A DNA stretch of 63,731 nt, filler included, from Hyphochytrium catenoides (lineage: Eukaryota > Protista > Hyphochytriomycota), in NCBI GenBank assembly GCA_900088475.1. It is 9 parts of 9 records of this genome, joined end to end, with 100 filler letters (N's around TTAATTAATTAA, not from the genome) between each part and the next. Parts side by side here need not be neighbours in the genome. Positions count along the whole stretch, not along the records: positions 43,717 to 54,895 come from FLMG01000520.1; positions 54,996 to 56,962 come from FLMG01004446.1; positions 57,063 to 58,999 come from FLMG01000610.1; positions 59,100 to 61,526 come from FLMG01004178.1; positions 61,627 to 63,731 come from FLMG01000673.1; 4 more parts are not named here. The stretch is one strand, 5' to 3'. The position numbers were made by a program, and so were the translations under genes. Position 1 is the first letter of the stretch. Every line of letters starts with the position of its first letter. Below are positions 52,561 through 63,731 of this stretch, piece after piece. The notes below the pieces were generated by a model. The model did no database searches and was not told the origin of the DNA. It worked only from the letters and a program-made list of their open reading frames with translations.

Positions 52561-53488
52561 TCATTGCCCGTGGCTCATCTTCTCAGTGGCAGAAGAGTGC
52601 TCCTTCTTCCTCTTCCGCGCTGTCATCTCTTGGGCTGGGAAAGCTCCACCGCTTGCCGATGATCCTCCTCCCTCTCTCCTCACAGCGCCATCGTTGCTCT
52701 CTGCAAAGTGCGCGAGACAGAGGTTGTCTCTCTTCGCAAAGCGCTGACAGTTGGGCCGCAGACATTTTCTCTCTATCGTCGAGTGATGCCGCTTGCACAT
52801 CCCTTCTCGCACTGCGTGCTTTGTACAGCCTTCCACCCAGCAGCGGAGAAAGCCTCCGTGAGCTTTACAAAGCCCTTCTTTCGCAGCGAAGGTGGCGCAG
52901 CCTGGAGAACTGCAGATCTTTCTTCTTCCTAAAGCAGCAGCAGCAGCTTTCTGTGTGCCTTCAGAGTTCTCTATGTCGAGAGAAAAGAGAGAGAGAGAGA
53001 AAGAAGTGAGAGAGAGAGAGATTGATCAGAAGAAGAAGAAGCGATATAAATGCATCTCATCCGCCAAGGACAAGGGGAAGGAAGAGACCGAAGAGGGAGA
53101 GAGATAAGAAGATAATTGACAGAAGAGGAGGCAGTCAAGAGGGGAAAGAAGGGGAGACGGAGAAAGAAAGAGAAAGAGATCAGAACCAAACATCAGAAAT
53201 AAGAGGGAGAGGAAAAGTAGCACAGCGAGAGAGAGAGAGAGAGAGATAAAACCCCATCTCTCCTTAACGTTTTCTTTCCTGTCTGTCTCACTAGGTCTCA
53301 CCTCTCTCGTCACTGCTGCCATCTGAGTGTTTCTTGCTCTCTAACTCAGGAGCGGACTTGGCTACTCTCTTCTCTCTCTCCTTCCTGGCTTGTCCGTCTC
53401 TTCTCTCTGTCTTCTCTCCGCTCTTCTCCATCTTCACGTCTCGAGAACCTTTCTCTTCCTTGGGTGACGTCTTCGGTATGGGCGCCAT
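52561..53488 (-). CDS. WRKY19-like zinc-finger repeat protein (3 x C-x4-C-x9-C-x2-H)
   Basis: Exon 1 MAPIPK...SDER, intron 52971-53301, then exon 2 CSSPGCATFAAKEGLCKAHGGFLRCWVEGCTKHAVREGMCKRHHSTIERKCLRPNCQRFAKRDNLCLAH. Confidence 0.8.
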
Positions 53489-54895
53489 AGCAGTTACTTG
53501 AAAGCCTCGGAGAGATGAAGAACGAAGACTCTTTCTCCTTCTCTCTCCTTTCTTCTTATCTCTTTTTATCTCTATCCAGCTCTATTCTTCTCTTTCTCTT
53601 TTTGTTAATGGTACTTCACTACTTCTCTCTCCCTGCCTGTCGTCCCACTTTCTCTCTTTCTCTCCTCGCTTTAAAATAGCTAGGAAGAGGAGAGAGGACA
53701 GCACAGGCTGTTGCCTTTCGGACACCAAGTTCTAGGGCTCCACATCGGCAAACTTCCTTGGGAAGAAAGGGAGAAACCGAGAGAGAGAGAGAGAGAGAGA
53801 GAAGATTTTTTGAACAATAAGGTGGTCAAGAGAGAGAGAGAGAGGTAGTTACATCGAGCGCGGAGATGTGCAAAAGGAAAAGAATCGTATCCCTCTTCTG
53901 CTCTTTTTAACCTTCTCTTCTCTTTCTCTGACTAACCAACCGAGAAGTCTCTTTTCTTTCTTCTTCTTCTTCTTTTGCTGACCGAGCACCTATCTACTCG
54001 GCTCGCTGGCCCGAGAGTAGCCTTCTTGCCGCAAACTTTCTCTTTGTTTCCTCTCTCCTAGAGGCATGCCGCTTCACAGAGAGGAGAGAAAGAGTGACTC
54101 AAAAGAGACAAAGAGAGACAAAGAGAGACAAAGAGAGAGAAAGAGAGAGAGAGGGAGAACTGAAGGTGGCAAAAGAAAGGATAAGAGGGGCTTTACGGCC
54201 TGGTGGTAGGGAAAAATTGGACGGATAGAGAGAGAGAAACCTGTCTCTTCCTTCTACTCGTGATGGCACCTGGTGGTGCCTACCCAACGAATGATGAGAG
54301 AAAGAGAGAACAAGAGAGAGAGATAAGGAAAGTGGGGACCAAACCCGCTAGTCGTCGACCAGAAAAGAGAATGAAAGAGAAAGAACGAGAGAGGTGCCCA
54401 CAGCTCTCTCCTTCTTGAGCTGCCCAAATAGAGAGAGAGTACCTGCCGCGCTGCCCGAATACGACGACAGATGGAGAGAAAGAGAGTCTGATCTACAACA
54501 GAGACGTCTCCCTGTTTGTCGAGAAGGGCAAAAGAGAGAAAAGCGAGAGAGAGAGAGACCTTCCTCTGGCTGGGAGAAGAAAGAAAAGTGCGCTGTGTAT
54601 AGCTTCTCTTCCCCGTTCTCCTCGACGCTGTTGGCGCTCTCCACTTGTCACTTCGGTGGTTGTTGGCCTGCTGCTGAAATAGAACACTACTCGTAACTAG
54701 ATTGGCTTGTTGTCTTTCCTCTTTTGTTCTCTCTCTCTCTTTGTCCCTCTCTCTCTTCACTTTCTCTCTTTTCCACTCTCCAGGCAGCTGTTGGCTGCAG
54801 GCAAGAGGCACAGAGGTGCTGGTCGTCTTCTTCCTTCTTTATATAATCTTCTGTTTTGTTGGCTAGATGGCGACACAATCTCTCTCTCTCTCTCT

Positions 54896-54995
54896 NNNNN
54901 NNNNNNNNNNNNNNNNNNNNNNNNNNNNNNNNNNNNNNNTTAATTAATTAANNNNNNNNNNNNNNNNNNNNNNNNNNNNNNNNNNNNNNNNNNNN
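54896..54995. other. Artificial contig linker
   Basis: TTAATTAATTAA at 54940-54951 between N runs. Confidence 0.97.
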
Positions 54996-56262
54996 CTCGT
55001 TCTTTTCGTCCTCTTTGCCATGCTTCGGAGCATCCAGTCCGGTGCGGGGAATGGATGATGATGACGCACCATCTCCTTTGGTGATGAGAGTAGGCAAGGG
55101 TGGTGTGAGTCAAATAGTTCAGGTAAAGACTCTTTGGAGAAGTAAAAGCGACTATCTCATACCAAAGATCTTCCAGGGTAAAGCCCACACAGAGGACAAG
55201 ATGAAAACCAGAAGACAAGATGAACACCTCCCGAGAAGGAGAAGTTTGTATGAATCCGCTTCAGAGTTGCTGAAGAAGGGGCAAGGAGCCAACCCGCTAG
55301 CGGAGAATGTGCTCTGTCTCGTACCTGAAAAAGTAAGACTCAAGCTGTCTTCACTACGCGCCAGCCCAAACATCTCACGCCAGGTCGCCAGTTCCGTATC
55401 CAGCGCAGCAGAATCCAGCTACGGTATACACGGTTGCGAGAGGCCGGTCACTTCTTTATCTCAACTGGCGCAGCCTACCCTATCTCGTCCCTTAAGCGAC
55501 TCTCTGTCCTCCGCACTGTCCTTCCGACGCGATCCACCGACTAAGCGCTACGAAAAGCCTCACCTGCCAGAAAGAGAGTAGTCCATTCTCTTGCAGAGTG
55601 ACCAAAGAGCCGTCATTCAGCTCTGCGACACCCACAAGTGCATCAGTCGGCCTGCGTGACAAGAGTTATACTTTGATCTGACTGTGTGATCGGCGTTTTG
55701 CAAGGTCAACTTTTACGCCGGTGATGAGTTGAAGTCTCAGTAGGATGATCTGCCTCCCTCTTTCGTAGTGTCTCTCCTTCTGTAAAATACGAGTGCATTC
55801 TCTTCTTCAACCCTTTCCCACTGGAGAGCCAGGTTGCTATGCGTGCAGGGACTTCTCCAGTTCCGCTAACCCCCATTAGTTCCTGTGGACGTACCGGCTC
55901 CCTTTTCTATAGCGGGAAGTATCACCATCCTCTCCAGTGACGCTGGGTAAGGGAATCTCTCGTTTTGTTCTCTCAGCGGGAGAAATAACCTCAAGATGGT
56001 ATCTATCCGCACGTCGCTTGCCTTGCTGACCCCTGTGCTTGTCATCTTGCGTCTTTTCAGCCTCTTCCACGGGCAAGGCACAGGCATTAATGAGGAAAGG
56101 CGTCTCTTCAAGGTTTCTCGAGAGCAGGAGTCTCTCCTCTTCCAGGTTCCCAATTGAGCCTGCAAGACAAGATACAGTGGGATAGACAACGCAAGGATTG
56201 ACGACCGAAGTGGTTTTTGTTGAAGGCAGAAGGTGATGGAGCAGCAGACAGTTAGGAGTCAA
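54996..56262 (-). CDS. VWA8: VWA8 (von Willebrand factor A domain-containing protein 8 / KIAA0564) homolog, internal fragment
   Basis: Spliced exons LVGVAELNDGSLVTLQENGLLSFWQ|LDSAALDTELATWREMFG... then TGLDAPKHGKEDEKNE at the contig end. This matches my recollection of the VWA8 segment (LW..G...L..W..M.G ... PKHGKED..N.PHVGGN) preceding the vWA domain. Confidence 0.72.
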
Positions 56263-56962
56263 GCATAAAGATAGGCGAGATTTAAAAGGCGAAAGTCAGT
56301 GGACCTTGTCTTCTAGAGAGGAAGATATCCATCCCCTTCCGTCTTGTGTGTTCCCAGTTCGCTGTCGCGCTGCTGGTGCCGTCGACAGGATAGGAGAGGC
56401 CCACGGCGAAGTAGGAGGTTGGCAACGAGAAACAGCGTGCCTCGGAGTCCTCCCTAAGGTGGGGAGGAGATAGAGCTCTACCTGATGGCGTTGGCATGAC
56501 GGAGAGCTCTGTCCACACGACGAGCGAGAGGAGAAAAAAGCAGGGTTTAAAGAGCAAAGGAGAACAGCAAAAGGGGAACACTTAATCAACGAGGAGGAAA
56601 TATGCTGTTGGGAGAGTCAAGGAAAGAGCGCAAGTGTAAGCGAATCACTATCGGGCAAACAGAAACTTTCGAAGTCTAGCATTTTAGAGGCATGGAGACC
56701 CCGGAGAAGGAAAGTCTATCGCTGAAAGAGAAAAGCTCCACAACATTTAAAAACGTAGTGTGATCAAGTCAGATAGAGCAATAGCAGCGAGGACGAACCA
56801 GAGGGTTGACAGTGAGACTGGTCGGGAGCCGCCTCAGTTGTCACTGGCGTTAGAGACGCAGTGTGATGGAGGAAGTCTCGTCTATCTCTCTTGTCCCCTT
56901 CCCAAATCATCCAGAAGGACGTGGAGGGATCTGAGGTATGCAGAAGCCTGGTAGACGTTCCG

Positions 56963-57062
56963 NNNNNNNNNNNNNNNNNNNNNNNNNNNNNNNNNNNNNN
57001 NNNNNNTTAATTAATTAANNNNNNNNNNNNNNNNNNNNNNNNNNNNNNNNNNNNNNNNNNNN
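56963..57062. other. Artificial contig linker
   Basis: TTAATTAATTAA at 57007-57018 between N runs. Confidence 0.97.
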
Positions 57063-57862
57063 GAGAGAGAGAGAGATGGGGGGTGTAGAACTGGATTATT
57101 ATATTGGAGATGTGACGAGACTTGCTACTTCGGTTACTGAAGGTAGGAGAGGAGACACCATGGGGAATGAAAGAGAGAGTGCGGAGAGAGGAAGAACAGT
57201 CTGCCCAAAAGAAAGGAGAGAGAGAGGCAGAGAAAAAGAGAGAAACACAAAGAAAGAGAGAGAGAGAGGCAGAGAAAAAGAGAGAGACACAGAGAAAGAG
57301 AGAGAGGAGAGAGAGAGAGAGGCTGATGAGGAAGGAGAGACGAAGCGTCACCTCCTCCGTTTCATCGGACGTGTGGAGGCGGGAGGACGGGAAGTGAAGA
57401 GGCGGGGGGAAGATGCTGCCTTCGAAAAGTGCAGGTGCAGGAGGGAACCTCCTTTCTCTCCTCTGTCCTTACAAAGCCTTCAGCTCCTATCTTCTCCCAG
57501 GAAGGAGAGAGAAACTCTCAAGGAGAGAGACAGAGCGAGAGAGACAGAAGCGGTAGAGAAGAAGAGAGGAGCGAGAGAGAGGGCGACAGAAATGTACCAG
57601 TAGATGGAGAGATGGAGGGAGAGAGAGAGAAGGAGAAGAGAGAGAAGGAGAGAGAGAGAAGGAGAAGAGAGAGACAGAGAAAGAGAGAGAAAGAGAANNN
57701 NNNNNNNNNNNNNNNNNNNNNNNNNNNNNNNNNNNNNNNNNNNNNNNNNNNNNNNNNNNNNNNNNNNNNNNNNNNNNNNNNNNNNNNNNNNNNNNNNNNN
57801 NNNNTTCGCAAGTTCACAGGCCTCACTGCTGTCTCCCCTTTCGGCTCTCGTAAAGGCCTCGG

Positions 57863-57941
57863 ATTGGCTGAGAAGAACTGAAGTCTTTGTTTTGATTGGC
57901 TCATTACACGAATGAGAGTTGTTCCGACGTTCTTATTGGCT
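57863..57941 (-). promoter_or_regulatory. Cluster of three CCAAT boxes (ATTGGCT on + strand)
   Basis: ATTGGCT at 57863, 57895 and 57935 (spacing 32 and 40 bp), ~360 bp upstream of the ATG at 58297. Confidence 0.55.
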
Positions 57942-58038
57942 CAGCCAGAAGCTTGTGATAACTAGAGGTATCTGGGGTTGATAACTAATGTAGATGGAGA
58001 GGAGAGGAAGGAGCTGTAAGAATTGGTTCTCCCCCGCA

Positions 58039-58086
<48 letters not shown>

Positions 58087-58296
58087 GCGCGAGCTCTCCG
58101 TCTCTCCTCTCCTCTTGTCTCGCTCGCTCTCCAGCGCTGCCTCACACTCTCCCTGACACTTCTTGAAAGAAGAACCTCTGCCACCACCATCTCCCGCTCA
58201 CTTTCCTGTCGTCTTTTCATAGCAACACCTTCCTTTTCCCTCATTCTAAAGCCCTTTCCTCTCTCTCAGAAAGCTCGCCCTTCATCTACTCCCGCC

Positions 58297-58538
58297 ATGC
58301 CGTCCAAAGCTCCTGCTGTCCCCCGGCGCGAGCGGCGGCGGGCAGAGAAGCTTCAGAAGAAGCAAGCAAAGCAGGCGCGGCATCAGGGGAAGAGACGACA
58401 CGAAGAGGCCAAAGAAGAACCGCAGCAGCGCCAACAGCCGTCCACTGCCCGTCATGCAGGAAGCAAGCGTCGAAGGTAAGAAGAGGAAAGACAGATGCAG
58501 ACAAGCTACCTGCCTGGCAGAGCAGAGCAGAGAGAGAG

Positions 58539-58600
<62 letters not shown>

Positions 58601-58999
58601 CAAGATTCAAGGTCAGACGAGACGCATGAGATTTAGGGAAGATGTTGAATGACCAAACTGCTTGTCTTCTTATCAGCAAACATCTCTCTTTATGATCTTT
58701 TCTGCCCTCTCCTCTTCTCTCTCTCCCTCTTTCTCTCCCTCTTTCTCTCTCTCTTCTCACTATCTTCCTCTCTCTCTCTCTCATTTCTCTCTCTCTCTCT
58801 CTCTCTCTCTCTTATATTCTGTCTCTCTCTCTTCCCGGTTTCTCTTAAAACACAGAGTGGAGGCTGGAAGCCGGACCGGCCAGCCCAAGCCCGAGAATCT
58901 CTTCACAAAGTTTCTGGCCGAGCAGCGCGAACTACAAAGAGAGAGAGACGGAAGAGGAGGGGGAGAGAGAGAGAGAAAGACGGACAAAGAGCAGGAGCT
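58297..58999 (+). CDS. N-terminal fragment of a basic, probably nucleolar protein (possibly NOM1/SGD1-like)
   Basis: MPSKAPAVPRRERRRAEKLQKKQAKQARH...SKRRR|VEAGSRTGQPKPENLFTKFLAEQRELQRE, with intron 58476-58855. The family call is weak. Confidence 0.5.
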
Positions 59000-59099
59000 N
59001 NNNNNNNNNNNNNNNNNNNNNNNNNNNNNNNNNNNNNNNNNNNTTAATTAATTAANNNNNNNNNNNNNNNNNNNNNNNNNNNNNNNNNNNNNNNNNNNN
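59000..59099. other. Artificial contig linker
   Basis: TTAATTAATTAA at 59044-59055 between N runs. Confidence 0.97.
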
Positions 59100-59691
59100 C
59101 TGTTGCTGCATTTGCATCTGCAGCAGCATCTGCTGATGCAAATGAACAGGAACCTGTTGCTGTTGCAGCTGCATTTGCTGTTGCTGTTGCAGTGACAAAT
59201 GGTGATGGGACTGGGCCTGATTCCTACGTTGCATTTCATGATATTGATCCTGTTGTTCTTGCTCCTCCTGCTGACCCCATTGAGTGTGGGAAGTGACTTG
59301 CTGAGTTGGCTCATGTGTTTCTCGCCGTGTATGGAGCTGTCGCAGCTGCTCAATTGACTGCTTCAGAGGTGGAACCGCCGCAGAGGCAGGCTTCTGCATA
59401 CCCTCTTGCTGGAGCCCATACAGGTGGTGATGGTGCTGCTGTCCCTGGCCCGCAGTTTGTGCCGCTTGATGCTGCTGCTGGAGAGAATGCTGCTGCTGCT
59501 GCTGATTGTCCCCAATTTCAACATCTTGCTGCTGATAACCCAGATTCCATGCGTTACCTCCTACGAGACAGCCGTAAGTGAACGGTATTCCAAAAAAGAA
59601 TGAAGATTAACCCCTACGTACCAGTGGAGCTCAGTCCAGGGAGAAACTGATGCCGACGCTGCTGACCACCGCTCTGCTGCTGATGATGCAT
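59100..59691 (-). CDS. Gln/His-rich (polyQ) protein N-terminus, truncated by contig end
   Basis: MHHQQQSGGQQRRHQFLPGLSSTG|GNAWNLGYQQQD...QQQQQMQLQQQQ. The GTACGT...CGTAG intron joins in frame with ORF 59052-59399. Confidence 0.65.
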
Positions 59692-60358
59692 CTCCCTATC
59701 GTATCTCTAGCCCTAGGTAGGTTACTTTAATGATATTGTGGAGGAAGGAGCCAGAAGGGTTACGACTAATCGTACCAGGAAGTGGCCAAGGCGGCCCAAT
59801 GCGGCAGCAGAGTGAGCGCCACTTAGCCCCCAAGATCTAATCCCGCAGTGGCAGAGGTGAAGCTACTAGCTTATTGTTCTTGGCCTTAGAGCTTTCATGT
59901 GCCTCACCACTTCGAAGATTGTGCGCAAAGATTTTGGAAGGAGCCTCAGCGATTTCCAGCGTCCGCCCCACTTCGAGGTATAACTCAAAGATGTCCTGTA
60001 CCAAAACCCTAGCTCTGACTCAGCAGATCCAAAGCAAAAGCCGGAAGAAATGTTTACAAAGAAAAAGGATAAAGTCTAGGTGGAGCGAGAAGCTAGGAAA
60101 AATGGTCGCCGTTCTGCATTCCAATCCAAAGACACGCCTCTACGTCTCCGTAAGCAAGATAAAGGGTCAGTACCAGCAGTCCAGTTTAACGGTTTTTCTT
60201 TTTCTAACTAGAATTCTTTGCTGACCCAGGTATTTTGAGATTGACCACTTGCTCTGTATCTTCCGACAACGCTGCGCTAATCCTTCACTACGAGCGGGAT
60301 GGCGCTGACGATCTCCAGATTTTATTTCAGAGACAGAGTGGAGATTTTCTTGGCAACC

Positions 60359-60405
60359 AAAAGCTCCAAAATCACAGAGAAAAGCTCCAAAATCACAGAG
60401 AAAAG
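60359..60405 (+). repeat. 21-bp direct tandem repeat (AAAAGCTCCAAAATCACAGAG x2)
   Basis: Two identical copies at 60359 and 60380, plus a partial third. Confidence 0.9.
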
Positions 60406-61526
60406 GGCGAGAACCAGCCAAACCAAATAGAGACAGACTCAACGAGACAGAGTAGTAAAGAGATAGAGATCGCAGAAGTATAGCGACCATCCATCACAGA
60501 TATTTTAGCGATCCAAAGGAAGTCAGAGAGGAAGAGAGAAGAGGACAGGCTGAAGACAGAGCAGCAAAAGCAAAAGAGAGGTAAAGGAGTTCAATTTCTA
60601 TTTCGATTCGCAGTTCTGTAGAACTATCAGCCCGCCCTACCGTCCAGTAGAAGAGGCATAGGAACAGATTCTAACAAAGCGAGAAAGGCAGAGGACAGGC
60701 TTGCTACAAGTAGGCTGTAGAAACAGAGAAAGGGACAAGGACATGGTCAGAAAGAGCAAAAAGCCCGCTTGACCTTGGTGTTGTTTGAATGATTATGGTT
60801 AGGCTTTGACAGAATACACCTTCTGGTGCTTTTGTCTTTAGGAAAACATGGTATTCTTTAGCACAATATTGTCGAAAGGGCGGCTACCCAACTAGCAAGA
60901 TTTAGATGTAGTTGTCAACCTGGGTTTATAGGTTGTAGGTTCTGATTCTTTAACTTAATTTCTCGATAACCATTGATGAGGGAGAGCCTAATGCAAATAG
61001 CTCACGCGAATTACAATCTGGAATTTCGCGCTCTAATAATTCTTGCATGCGCTGGTAAAACGCGTTTCTATAGATGATAAAGGCCCAAGAATGACTCTTT
61101 CTCAAATAAGAATCTCCGATCACTAGTTCCTAGTCCTTTTAGAGACAATGGACATCATTATAGAGATTGAAGGACCGATTGAAGACAGTTCAAATAGCCC
61201 TTTATGCTTATAAGGATGCCCTAGAGGACTCATCCAAGTGCCGCCAACAAGGAGCTGGCGCCTGGCCCTGTGGTCCCTGCCTTGGCTGGGCCCGCACCGG
61301 TGAGCCTTTTGTCGGAGAGGGATGAATCAAGTGCCGAATCCAGATGATTTTGCCATTGATCGGTCCAATGCGGTGGACCTTTTGGCGCGTCTCAGGGCTC
61401 ACATAGTTGAAGGCAACAAAAATGCAAGCTCATCCTTTGGATGGTCAGATCTAAGCCCACAACGAGAAGCTTCAGTCTCAACCAATATTAGAGCTCTCAA
61501 TCGATGTTTCAGCATAATTCTTTTTG

Positions 61527-61626
61527 NNNNNNNNNNNNNNNNNNNNNNNNNNNNNNNNNNNNNNNNNNNNTTAATTAATTAANNNNNNNNNNNNNNNNNN
61601 NNNNNNNNNNNNNNNNNNNNNNNNNN
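61527..61626. other. Artificial contig linker
   Basis: TTAATTAATTAA at 61571-61582 between N runs. Confidence 0.97.
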
Positions 61627-62107
61627 GGTTGGTCTGCATCTCGCTCACTTTCTGCGCAGATCTGCAGGACACTTCTCTCGCCCGCCCGCAGGGCACTCAC
61701 CCTTCAAACCTTCAAAACTGAGGGACTGCCTGGCTATCCCCGTGCGCCATCCCTCTCTTACTTCTGTCTCAAGGCCCAGTGTTCGGTGCAATCTGTCACT
61801 CAGGAACTGATAGCGAAAAGTCTGCAGACAACAAGCTCTCAGATCTCAAAAAGCATGCAGAGCTCAGAAGCCCCTCATTTGTAATAAAACAGATTTGATT
61901 TCCCGAATAAAAGCCAAAGATACTGATATTATCCCCGATCGATATAATGGAGACGGCCCCATTCTGAAGATTGAAGATTTCGAGAGACAGAGCGTTGAGA
62001 CAGATTATTGGCAAACTGGAAGAGAGAAGCAGACCGGCCCGGGCGGAGAGGGAAGCAGGAACCAATAAAGGTGACGAGGGAAGTGGTCGAGGTTATAACT
62101 AGCGACT

Positions 62108-63339
62108 ATGGTGACCGTCACGACGGAGGGCGACGGGCTGCGGCTGAAGGCGTTCAAGCAGGAGCTGCATCTGCACTGCGACTGGGGCGTCGGCATTGGA
62201 GGCTCCGTCTGGACCAGCGGTCTTTTGCTCCTGGACTATCTCGAGCGCAATGAGGCTGATATGAGACAGCGCTTTGCTGGTGAGAGACACCAGGACATCT
62301 TACTCCCACTTATCGAGATAGATGTGCATACCTTCCTCACTCTTTTGCTTGTTCCCCTTTGTCTCTCTATCTTAAGCCCCACACTCTCGCTGTCGCTCTT
62401 TTCTCTTTCTCTCTCTCTCGTTTCCCTCGCTTCCGCTTATCACATACTTCCCATCAGTGTCCGCTCTGTCTTGTCCATATCGCCCGCGCTCACAGTTCTC
62501 GTCCTGGGCTTTCCTCTTAGGAAAGCGTGTGATAGATCTGGGAAGCGGGACCGGGCTGGTAGGGCTAGGGATCAGCCTCCTGGGCCCTCAAGAGGTGTTT
62601 TTGACGGACCTCTCTTCCCATCTGGACGTCATCAGGGAAAATGTGAAGAGGAATCAGCAGCACATACAGTCAAAGCTGCAGGTTGATATCCCAGCGCTCT
62701 TGAGCGGCTAGATGATTTCTCTCTCTCTCTCTCTCTTTATTACTGTCTCTCTCTCTTTCTCTCTTGCGGTTTCGCTGGCTCTGTTTCTCTCTCGGCAGCG
62801 TTGTCTCTCTCCTTTCACTACCTCCTCTCTTTCCCCGTTATCAGTGCCTCACCTGTCTCTCACCCTCTCTGTCATAGGTGGAAGAGCTTATCTGGGGAGA
62901 ACCCGCGGAGAACCTGCAGCCTCCGTTTGACTTGGTTGTGGGCACAGACGTGGTGTACCATCGAGAGCTTTATCAGCCCTTTATAGCGGCCTTGGAGACA
63001 CTGTCAGGAGAGCGCACTCAGATCTATGTGGGCACCTCTCGGGCTGATACTGATCTTGACTTCTTTAGGATGTAAGCGACTTCGGGCTTCTCTCTTTCTC
63101 TATCTTGCTCGTCGCAACTAAGGCAGCCGTCCAAATCGTGTTTCTTGGGGTCTCACTATGCCTCCACTCTCTCCAAGAGAGAAAACTTCGGATCCCACTT
63201 ACCATATACCTCTCTCTCTCTCTCCCTGTGCCACGTCAGGCTCGAAGACAAGGGTTTCTCCTACTATAAAGTACCTGACCGAGACGTCTCCCCTGAGTTC
63301 CGAGGAAAGGACTTTGGCATCTTCAAGGTCACTCGCTAA
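62108..63339 (+). CDS. Seven-beta-strand lysine methyltransferase, family 16 (METTL21/EFM-like), 4 exons
   Basis: Exons 62108-62279, 62521-62681, 62878-63071 and 63240-63339. Motifs GIGGSVWTSG, VIDLGSGTGLVG, VFLTD, LIWGE and FDLVVGTDVVY. Confidence 0.92.
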
Positions 63340-63435
63340 CTTTAATTCAATGCAGCACCAATCCTTTTTCATTCCTCTCTCTCTCCTCCGTCTCGTTCTC
63401 TCTTTTTCCTCTTACGTTCTAATTCTTTTTCTTCT

Positions 63436-63493
<58 letters not shown>

Positions 63494-63731
63494 CTTACTT
63501 CTCGTCATAGGGAGAAAGCTCTACCCCTCTGCAACAACTCTTGTTCGTGCTTTTTGATGAAAACTCTTAGCTAATGTGCGGAACCATCCACAGATCAGCT
63601 GCCAGCGGGGATGAGGCTCTAGCATGGAAGAGAGGAGTCTATGATAGACTGCCAGGAGACCCACTCAATTGAGGGGGAAGGAAGACGTATTTGGGGCAAG
63701 GAGAGAGACAAGTTTAAGTTCTCAAAAGGCC

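Noticed and set aside
1-63731. Introner-type repeated introns, or a functional gene cluster across the window
   Set aside because: Introns share only simple repeats, not unique sequence, and the genes are functionally unrelated and lie on separate contigs.

Overview
Eukaryotic (protist, probably stramenopile-like) genomic DNA. It is not one continuous locus: nine contig pieces are joined by eight artificial 100-bp linkers (44 N + TTAATTAATTAA + 44 N). Most ORFs in the supplied track are artefacts of (AG)n/(CT)n microsatellites. The real genes mostly have GT-AG introns and were reconstructed by hand: an LRRIQ1-like IQ/coiled-coil gene, an unknown coiled-coil gene, a disrupted ankyrin-repeat gene, a GAF-GAF + IQ-IQ gene, a multi-pass membrane protein, a TVP15/COPI-associated-like protein, a Spinster-type MFS transporter, RPL31, CDIN1 (C15orf41), a WRKY19-like zinc-finger gene, a VWA8 fragment, a polyQ fragment and a METTL21-like lysine methyltransferase. 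There is also one frameshifted Ty1/copia element with an internal 187-bp inverted duplication, plus older copia debris. The most notable unexplained pattern is intron architecture. At least nine introns on four contigs carry an AG-rich/(AG)n tract in their 5' half and a complementary CT-rich/(CT)n tract in their 3' half, in that order, which suggests fold-back structure-assisted splicing. All protein family calls rest on motif recognition, not on database searches. Some gene boundaries are approximate.
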